From Octopus bimaculoides (lineage: Eukaryota), in contig NC_068987.1 of the NCBI RefSeq assembly GCF_001194135.2, forward strand, positions 52,391,407 to 52,424,061: 32,655 nucleotides of DNA. Direction: 5' to 3'. Below, piece by piece: positions 24,200-32,655 of this stretch. Position numbers and translations under genes: made by a program. The stretch's first letter is position 1, and each line of letters opens with the position of its first letter. The notes under the pieces are model-generated. The model was given only the letters and a program-made list of their open reading frames with translations. It was not told where the DNA came from and did no database searches.

Positions 24200-25810
24200 A
24201 AACTCGGCTCCATCCTAGCTATCTAAATGTGAGGTGGCAAGTTTTGACTCACTTTGTACATGTGTGCTTTATGGGGTGCACGTATTATTCGTGACAAAGT
24301 TTCGTTGCTGTCTTTAAATGATACAATTTTGCATTGTAGTTTGGGGTGAGTTTTGGAGACGAGTTTCAACAGGGGATGGTGTGGGGAGTATTTTCTTGTA
24401 TGTCTGTGGTTGCTTTAGGTGTTTTTGTGTATGGATGTGAGTCTGGGATTGAGACCCTCTTTGTTTTTTGAGACTTCACTAATGTAAATCCTATTTCTTC
24501 TTCTGTGGTTGGTGTTTCTTGCCTTGTTGGTTAGCTTTCTTTGGGCTCATTTGTTGCTCTTTTTGGTTGTTTTCCTTTTCCTTCTGTGTCTTTAGGTTTT
24601 TGTTAAAGAGGGGGTGTGCTCCTTTTCTCTTTACATTCTGAGCAGATGTTGCTTTTTCGCCGCAGTTAAAACAGCGTGGACTACGTCCCTCAACGCTCAC
24701 TCTTACGCTCAGCTCCTCCCCTATGAACACCCTATCGGGAAGAACTTCAAGTATTTCGGGCTGATTTGGATACCATTTCAAGTGACTGGCTTTTCCAAAT
24801 TTCTGCCTCTTTTTTTCTGTTCTTGTAGTATTGACATTTTTTCTTCTATGTATGATACAGTTGCTGCAAACCACATCGCGTCCAAACGAACCAGAATATC
24901 CTCAACTTTAATATTCGCCGTTCTCCTGCCTAGATAATTTGGCAGGGGAATTATTTCGTCGTTTCTCAGTGTTAATGTCGACAGTTGTTTTGCTGTGCTC
25001 TCGTCCCGTACAATAAGATGCGCTCCACTGTAGCGTGCCCAACGTTTTTTTAAAAATTGTATTCCAGATGGATATTGCATGCACTTCTGAATTATTTCAT
25101 TTTTGATAGGCACTCTTTCCTCATTAAGACTGTACGTCTTATAGACCACAGTCTTAGCAGCTATATGCTGTAGTATATCTTGGGGCGGGAGCAAATTCGT
25201 ATCATTCCATGTTTTCTTAATCATATTCCGGCATTTAAATAATTCCGCCATAGGTACAATCAAATTCACCATGTTGCCACCAACGACAGCTGAAAAAGAT
25301 GATCTTTCCTACTGAAATATTTTGCACTTTCTTTTTCGTTTTCTTTCGCCTTTGACTCTAAGTCAAATTCCATATTAAATACAAAAATTTCTTTAACAGA
25401 TCACACAAATTTTCAAAAATATTGACAAAACATTTTTCCCAAAAATTTGTCTTTCACAAAAAATAATTCTTTAACAGAAAAGGGTAAAAGTTAAAGTTCA
25501 CAGTTCTCCAACATAGCATAATTTTCTGCCCCGCAGGTTTAAAGTAACTGTTAACAAAACAACCGGGATTCAAATTTCACTGGTTCAAAAACAATTCAAC
25601 GGAATAAGAATACAAAAACAGTAGAAGTATAACATTATAATTACTGCAACACGAACTCACGAAGGCAGCAGCTAAAAATATCCAACAATTACCAGGTAGT
25701 GATGAAAACTCGTTTCACTCGCAAAATACTTTACACTTTTTTCTAGCGACAAACCGTCGTTAATCTCGAAAAAGGAGAAATAAGCTATATTAAATCTCTG
25801 AGCGAGAGGT
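24200..25810 (-). mobile_element. L1/Tx1-like LINE 5' UTR plus frameshifted ORF1 with a zinc knuckle; no ORF2 seen
   Basis: ORFs 24778..25272 and 24491..24874 join by a frameshift. SFSAVV motif upstream; RVSVEGRSPRCFNCGEK.NICSEC is a CX2CX4HX4C-type knuckle broken by a 1-nt deletion; K/Q-rich tail. Confidence 0.75.
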
Positions 25811-26184
25811 AAACACACACACATACGTATGTATATGTGTATGTATGTATGTATGTATGTAAGAATGTACGTATCTCTATATATGCCTAAATATGTTTAA
25901 ATGGAATGGTGGTAAATTCTCAATCAAATTACATACTCAAGCAAGCACAGTCACATTCCAGTTTATAGTGCTTGTACATTTCACCGAAATATGGGTTCGC
26001 ACGCGCACATACGTTCGTAATCAGTTCATACACAATTGCTACTCGTATGAAACTACACTTCCTTTGGGATAACCCGATGTTTGGAACCCAGCAATAGCCA
26101 ATACACCTTTCCACAAAATCACGTGCTTCTTTTTCCCCACTCCTTATCCCTTCTCAATAGCTGACTTCCTAAAGAATAGCGTAA

Positions 26185-26437
26185 GCAGATATTTATTTCT
26201 CCCATAGGCACAAGGCCTGAAATTTTGGGGGAAGTAGCTGGTCGATTACATCGACACCAATGCTCAACCGGTAGTTATTTTATCGATCCCTAAATCATGG
26301 AACACAAAATCGTTATGCGGGGTATTTGAACGCAAAGTTCTTACCGGTAAGTATTTGAACGCAAAGTGCTTACCGCAAAGTACTCACCCGGTAAGCACTT
26401 TATCCGGCGTGCCAATGATACGAGCAGCTCGCTGCCT
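26185..26437 (-). mobile_element. tRNA-derived SINE, family 2, with an internal rearrangement
   Basis: Ends match family 2 (AGGCACAAGGCCTGAAATTTTGGGGG tail; GCAGCTCGCTGCC head). The middle carries a 29-bp duplication and an inverted repeat. Confidence 0.8.
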
Positions 26438-26481
26438 TAGTTTAACCTGATATTACTAACTTCTTCTTTTTATTTTTGTAG

Positions 26482-26535
26482 ATAAACAATATTTTGTAAC
26501 TGATATTATAACAATAATTTTATTCTGTTTTGCAG
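26482..26535 (+). CDS. Candidate 54-nt exon (phase 1-1; may be non-coding)
   Basis: TACTAAC branch point 26454-26460, pyrimidine tract 26461-26477, AG 26480-26481, donor CAG/GTAAGA at 26536. The only open frame is xKQYFVTDIITIILFCFA. Confidence 0.4.
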
Positions 26536-26855
26536 GTAAGAACATTTTGTATGCAAATATATTTTCCTGGAACGCGTAAGTCTTCTTAAAATAAAAACAA
26601 ATACTTAATAATTTACATGCTGGAGCAATGTTGTTTCGTATTGTTATGAATATTTTATTCATCCTATGGAAGTTTGAGGAAGGGATACATTCATTTTAAT
26701 CTTAACGGATTTGATTAATTTCTACGCCTATATAAAGCTAATCATTTTCATAACACATGCATCACTTCCTCCAACAAATATGTCTACATACGACACATAA
26801 GCAACAAATTACAGACACACACAGGCAAACAAAGCATATCCTCACATACGCAGAG

Positions 26856-27247
26856 ATCCATCCATCCATCCACCCATCCATCCATCCATCCATCCATCCA
26901 TCCATACATACATACATACGTGCATGCATACATATATATGCTCACATACGCATATATATATATATATATATATATATANNNNNNNNNNNNNNNNNNNNNN
27001 NNNNNNNNNNNNNNNNNNNNNNNNNNNNNNNNNNNNNNNNNNNNNNNNNNNNNNNNNNNNNNNNNNNNNNNNNNNNNNNNNNNNNNNNNNNNNNNNNNNN
27101 NNNNNNNNNNNNNNNNNNNNNNNNNNNNNNNNNNNNNNNNNNNNNNNNNNNNNNNNNNNNTATATATATATATTTATATGTGTGTGTGGATAGATAGATA
27201 GATAGATTGATAGATAGATAGATAGACAGATATATAGATAGATATAC

Positions 27248-27280
<33 letters not shown>

Positions 27281-27310
27281 TTGATATGTATGTATGTATG
27301 TATGTATGTG
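26856..27310. repeat. (ATCC)n, (TA)n, gap, (GATA)n and (TATG)n microsatellite cluster
   Basis: Direct reading. Confidence 0.95.
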
Positions 27311-27374
27311 GGTGCATGTATATATATTCATGTATTTGTCTATATAATAATGTATTCGTTCACTTCTTTCTATG

Positions 27375-27585
27375 CGGGTCTTTATGTTTGTCTCTGATCA
27401 CAGCTTGACAATCGGTGTTAGTTTCCTTTCTGTCTTCGTAACATAGCTCTTCAGCCTAAGAGATCAATATAATATCTACCAGGTTAAAAGCAAGTACTAG
27501 TGCTGATCCATGCAACTAAAACATTTAAGGCTGTGCTCCAGTATGGCTGTATTCAAATTACTGAACTATGTTAGAAGTAATAAAA
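27375..27585 (+). mobile_element. Decayed SINE 3' portion
   Basis: GCTTGACAATCGGTG..CGTAAC.TAGC..AAGGCTGTGCTCCAGTATGGC..TCAAATTACTGAA matches a recalled octopus SINE tail; there is no second copy in the window. Confidence 0.5.
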
Positions 27586-27623
27586 GTCAAAAAGTATATA
27601 TTCGTACATTATTTACATTATTT

Positions 27624-27688
<65 letters not shown>

Positions 27689-27699
27689 AACAACAACAA

Positions 27700-27880
27700 C
27701 ATCCAAAAATACCTCAGGGTTGAGAACCCAGGTTCAAAATTTCCCCAAGACATCTGTTGAAGGCTGGAGAGTATATCACCCGAAACATTGTGTTAACAAC
27801 AAACAAGATGAGGACAAATATCCATCAATTGTAAATAATGTAAATAATGTACATTATTCCTCATCTCTTAAATATAGAAC
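27700..27880 (+). mobile_element. Non-autonomous Penelope pLTR/retrozyme-like repeat with a decayed type I hammerhead (27749-27794)
   Basis: GACAT-CTGTTGA-A-GGCTG-loop-CACCC-GAAAC-ATT-GTGTT; homologous to 10955-11040; preceded by (AAT)n at 27633-27690. Confidence 0.75.
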
Positions 27881-27979
27881 TCGTACTCGTAAATATGTAT
27901 TCGTATATATACCTATGCATATATACTTTATAATACATGTTCACACAAGACTCCCTTTCTCTCACCCTGTCTCTTGCTC

Positions 27980-28210
27980 TCTTATTCTCTCTCTCTCTTT
28001 CTCTCTCTCTCTTTCTCTTTCTCTCTCTCTCTTTCTCTTTCTCTTTCTCACTCTCTCTTTCTCTTTCTCTCTCTCTCTTTCTCCTTCTCTCTATCTCTTT
28101 CTCTCTCTCCCTTTCTCTTTATCTCTCTTTCTCTCTCTCTCTTTCTCTTTCTCTTTCTCTTTCTCTTTCTCTCTCTCTCTTTCTCTTTCTCTTTCTCTTT
28201 CTCTCTCTCT

Positions 28211-28242
<32 letters not shown>

Positions 28243-28290
28243 GCATATATTTGTGCTTGTTTGCTTGTGTGTGTGTGTGTGTGTGTGTGC
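27980..28290. repeat. (CT)n/(CTTT)n then (GT)n microsatellite
   Basis: Direct reading; explains the SL/RE-repeat ORFs. Confidence 0.95.
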
Positions 28291-28379
28291 ATCCTTCGTT
28301 GTAATTCATATCTCACTTGCATGCATGAACAGAGGTAGGACGTTGATATTTAAAAGTTTGTGATGCACATGCATTTTCA

Positions 28380-28800
28380 GCTGTACTATTCGAATGAAAC
28401 ATGTGCTAGTATACACAAAGAAGTACAGTGGATGGCTCTGACACACAGAGCTACGAACAGATCAATAGTTGCTATACCGCCTCCGGAGCATATCAGAAAC
28501 GAAGTAATTCAGGAAAAGATTGGAGTAAACCTTCTAATCCCAAAATACCGGTAGCAGATTTTTAACTCACCCAAGCACAAGACAACACCCACAGACAACA
28601 GATTAAGCATTCTGTTGTCAAGCGCTATCGATGAAATCGAAAGATATAAACTCGAAAGACCTCTAGTTGGATGGGAAGAAGATATAGCATAATGATCGGG
28701 ACCACATTTGAAAGAAACTCCAAAATCAAGAGAATGATAGCAGCATATAATGTCCAGTGCTGTAAATAGGACATGGATATGCTGGGGTCGACAGAGTGAA
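28380..28800 (+). mobile_element. Heavily decayed RTE-like LINE 3' end
   Basis: LYYSNET (cf. LYGSETW), EHIRNEVIQEKIGV (cf. DHIRNEVIR..GV) and ERPLVGWEEDI (cf. GRP..RW.DDI) occur in the expected order. Confidence 0.5.
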
Positions 28801-28905
28801 AAGGCCGTAGACCGATAGTGCGATACTCAGATGCACAACTGTGAGTAAAATGGAGCTTCTGTATGTAAATATTAGGTGAAATATAAACTCTGTTATTGGC
28901 TAAAC

Positions 28906-28990
28906 CTGCAGAGTTGTGAATGCACTGTAGCCAAATACAACACATCCAAACACAAAGTCATGATGTTTCATTTCTAAGGCTTCCATGTAT
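28906..28990 (-). CDS. Candidate exon (85 nt, phase 2-0)
   Basis: Weak acceptor TTACACATAG, donor CAG/GTTTAG, open frame YMEALEMKHHDFVFGCVVFGYSAFTTLQ. Confidence 0.3.
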
Positions 28991-29121
28991 CTATGTGTAA
29001 CCCTAACCCTAATTATTATAGAGCTACACGAGATGTCGTGTTTTCTATGGAAATGCCTTATATGAAACGTGTATTTATATATGCATGTGTGTATGTTTCT
29101 CTCTCTATCTTTCTCTGTATC

Positions 29122-29202
<81 letters not shown>

Positions 29203-29676
29203 GCACGCATGCACATGCACACCCTCGTATACAAATACACGCATAATATACATATATGCCAATGCACGCTCATTATAAACATATAACATCTATGTTAAAA
29301 TATTTTTATTATAAATGTACATGATTATTGAGTTTCTGCAGGCAACATTGTTATATTGCATGATATGTTTGGTTTATTTCAAAGATTTGGACTTTGATTT
29401 CAGTACATCCACAGAAGTGCATGTTTGACATGACCTGTTAATATTTTGATAATAGTTAACTGAAAGACATGCCCTGTCATGATTCTGGTCACGAGAAAAT
29501 ATACCTGAATGTATTTCATATAAGAAAATAGAATATTATTTCGCGTGACTTTCTTCGGTGATGCATTTTAATTACTTAGTACGCCTACAGAGAAATAATC
29601 TCTCAATTTTTTCCCCTCACTCGATTCAACTGTTCACTAGCATTGCAAGATTCGGATAAATGTCTCTCGGACTAAC

Positions 29677-29790
29677 ATAGGAATCAGTCCAACCGCCATT
29701 AGCATACACACGCATGTAACCCCCCACGCACATATGATCAACACCTTTACAGACACTACAGTCTTAGATAAAAGGATACTTTTATGTTGA
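29677..29790 (-). CDS. Candidate exon encoding one transmembrane helix (phase 2 donor; 5' boundary uncertain)
   Basis: Within ORF 29637..29831: QHKSILLSKTVVSVKVLIICAWGVTCVCMLMAVGLIP. Donor AT/GTTAGT at 29676; alternative exon starts after acceptors at 29790, 29762 or 29857. Confidence 0.3.
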
Positions 29791-29947
29791 CTATCGGAGG
29801 ATAACAAAAGGCGGTACGCACATGAAATCAATGAAAGACGACAGTATTTTATACAAACTGAAGTTGTATTGTAAAAGCAAACATAGACTCATCTTGGAAT
29901 GTAAACATTTATTTATCTACAACAATGTCAATATATCTATATATCTA

Positions 29948-30163
29948 CGGCGGTGAGCTAGCAGAAACCTTAGCCACACCAGGCGAAATGCTTACCGGTA
30001 TTTCGTCTGTCTTTACGTTCTGATTTCAAATTCCTATGAGGTTGACTTTGCTTTTCATCCTTTCGGGGTCGATAAATTAAGTAACAGCTGCGTACTGGAT
30101 TCCACCAAATCGACTGGCTCCCTTCCCAAAAATTTCGGGCCTTGTGTCTAGAGTAGGAAAGAA
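29948..30163 (+). mobile_element. tRNA-derived SINE, family 2, near-complete
   Basis: GGCGGTGAGCTAGCAGAA head, B-box-like ATTTCAAATTCC, central GCTTTTCATCCTTTCGGGGTCGATAAATTAAGTA, and tail GGCCTTGTGTCTAGAGTAGGAAAGAAT. Confidence 0.85.
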
Positions 30164-30523
30164 TATATCTTTATCGCTGTATGTATTTTTGTATGGATGT
30201 AGAATTTTTCCATGAGTTTAAGTAAACTTTATTTTGAGAGTGTTCAAGCCGGTTGTTAACAAAGCAACAAGACATTTGAGTTAAGGGAGTTCCCGGTGTT
30301 TCTGAATATGTGAACAAGCTGGTGCTTTGGTTGAACTGTCGATGCATACAACCATGTGTGTACATCTATTCACATAAAACTCTCACATGGAGAATTTTTG
30401 GAATGCCTTATAGCTCTTCACTGTACTACTAATAGATTGGATTTCGATAATCCGCGTCAGTTTCGTTTACACTCTTACCGTGAAGCAAAGTCTTTCTACT
30501 TTTTGTGCAATGTACTTATGTAT

Positions 30524-30740
30524 GTATGTGTGTATGTATGTATGTATGTATGTATGTGTGTATGTATGTTTGTATGTATGTATGTGTGTATGTATGTATG
30601 CATGTATGTATACATCTGTATGTATGTGTATACATACATGTATATATATATATATGTATATATTATATGCATGTGTATTCATATATAAATTCATACACAC
30701 ACATGTGCGCACACACACGCACACACACACATACACATAT
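30524..30740. repeat. (TATG)n/(CA)n microsatellite
   Basis: Direct reading. Confidence 0.95.
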
Positions 30741-31439
30741 ATATTATATTATACTATATTGTATTATATTACGTTATCTTACATCGTATTACATTATGCT
30801 CGAACTCTACAGCTTAAACCTAGTGTTGGGTAACAAATAATGAGTATTACGACTCCAACGTGTATTTCTGTTCTGTATTGCAGTTGATAATTTGTTATGA
30901 GATCCATGTTGAAGCCTTACACGTAACATATGCAGAAAGCAATACAAAACATTGGAGATTGCTCATAAGAAATTTATTCATACTATCTCGTCGCTCACGA
31001 ATGATCCCCACAATTTGGAATATTGTTAGGGTTCATTACAAGTTTCCCTTTTCTTCAAATTATTTAATTTTCATCGTATGTTAATGAAAACGTACTAAAG
31101 ATGTATTTATAACAAGACTTGTTTCTTTATATGCATATACGTATAAATACTTTGATGTAAGTATGTTTTTTATGATATGCCCTAGCACTTCTTTTCCATG
31201 TCTGATCTAACCTGGATGTGTGTAGTGTTCACTCGTCCAACTGGAGTATATTTATTTCGATTTAGGCTAAGTAGCGTTGTACGGTAACAACATGTTGAAC
31301 TCGCGTGAAATATAACAAACTACTTCAAATCACTGTTATCGTATCCGCATAAGTGGAGTCTGTACCTGATACATTGTCCTGGCATCCAGTCGTATAGGTT
31401 GTAGTAATGACGGAATACAACTCGCAATTTTATCTCCTC

Positions 31440-31645
31440 CCGCTATCAAGTCGATTACATTCACCCCAGTGCGTAACTGGTACCTAATTTATCGACCCCC
31501 GAAAGGATGAAAAGCAAAGTCGACCCCGGCGGAATTTGAAATCAGAACGCGGAGAGACGAAATACCGCTAAGCATTTCTCCCGGCATGCTAGCGTTTCTC
31601 CCGGCATGCTAGCGTTTCTCCCGGCATGCTAGCGTTTCTCCCGGC
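31440..31645 (-). mobile_element. Young-looking family 2 SINE whose head contains a 20-bp tandem array
   Basis: Reverse complement of the central domain is well preserved. ATGCTAGCGTTTCTCCCGGC occurs as 3 exact copies (31586-31645) up to the gap. Confidence 0.9.
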
Positions 31646-32615
31646 NNNNNNNNNNNNNNNNNNNNNNNNNNNNNNNNNNNNNNNNNNNNNNNNNNNNNNN
31701 NNNNNNNNNNNNNNNNNNNNNNNNNNNNNNNNNNNNNNNNNNNNNNNNNNNNNNNNNNNNNNNNNNNNNNNNNNNNNNNNNNNNNNNNNNNNNNNNNNNN
31801 NNNNNNNNNNNNNNNNNNNNNNNNNNNNNNNNNNNNNNNNNNNNNNNNNNNNNNNNNNNNNNNNNNNNNNNNNNNNNNNNNNNNNNNNNNNNNNNNNNNN
31901 NNNNNNNNNNNNNNNNNNNNNNNNNNNNNNNNNNNNNNNNNNNNNNNNNNNNNNNNNNNNNNNNNNNNNNNNNNNNNNNNNNNNNNNNNNNNNNNNNNNN
32001 NNNNNNNNNNNNNNNNNNNNNNNNNNNNNNNNNNNNNNNNNNNNNNNNNNNNNNNNNNNNNNNNNNNNNNNNNNNNNNNNNNNNNNNNNNNNNNNNNNNN
32101 NNNNNNNNNNNNNNNNNNNNNNNNNNNNNNNNNNNNNNNNNNNNNNNNNNNNNNNNNNNNNNNNNNNATATATATATATATATATATAGATGGACAAATA
32201 GATAGATATATGTGTGGTTTTGAGTGTGCGTGTACGCGTGTGTATATATACATATATAAATGTATATCTTAAACAGACGAGTAAATTTTAAAATACAATC
32301 TTTTCGAAAACTCACAAACAGTTTAGGAAACCAAATAATAATTTAAATGTCAAACATGCTAAATCTCCAAGAAGTGTAGGCTGTTCGCAATTTCGTCATT
32401 ATTTTCAATATTTCTGGAGATTACTTCTCTTGAAATATTTCAAATGCAATTATAACATTTACGGCTTCACATATGTGATGCATAAACGTTATATGTAAAC
32501 ACTATATTATATGTGTGGCAATATTCTTCCCATGTCTCTCTATTTATAGACACAGGCACTAATATATGTATGTAGGTATGTATGCATATTTCTATCTCTC
32601 ACTCTGTCTACCTTT

Positions 32616-32655
<40 letters not shown>

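Noticed and set aside
28997-29010. TAACCCTAACCCT telomere-like motif
   Set aside because: Two units only; too short to call an interstitial telomere.
29948-30030. tRNA gene
   Set aside because: No cloverleaf; it continues into the SINE body shared by several copies.
31586-31645. Tandem 20-mers as a CRISPR-like array
   Set aside because: There are no spacers or cas genes, and the unit derives from a SINE head in a eukaryotic context.
3310-32315. Long tracked ORFs containing X runs or IY/CV/SL/RE repeats
   Set aside because: They are produced by N gaps and microsatellites and carry no coding signal.

Overview
AT-rich eukaryotic scaffold window with 10 N gaps, nearly all next to TA/CA/TATG microsatellites. 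Its SINE, LINE and Penelope repertoire suggests an octopod cephalopod genome (inference from recalled repeat families, not a database result). There is no complete gene, rRNA, true tRNA or CRISPR array. Most tracked ORFs are artefacts of N runs, microsatellites or transposons. Recognisable content is decayed mobile DNA: a CR1/L2-group LINE 3' part, three RLE-type (R4/Dong-like) LINE pieces, two Penelope-like elements (one with GIY-YIG), two RTE-like pieces, an L1/Tx1-like ORF1, a near-complete mariner fossil and two tRNA-derived SINE families. The best leads are (i) three minus-strand exon candidates with compatible splice phases that join into an unassigned four-transmembrane protein, (ii) two decayed copies of a minimal hammerhead ribozyme repeat, one fused in inverted orientation to a Penelope RT, and (iii) a scrambled retroelement mosaic bounded by a 54-bp direct repeat. 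All exon calls were made by eye and are unverified.
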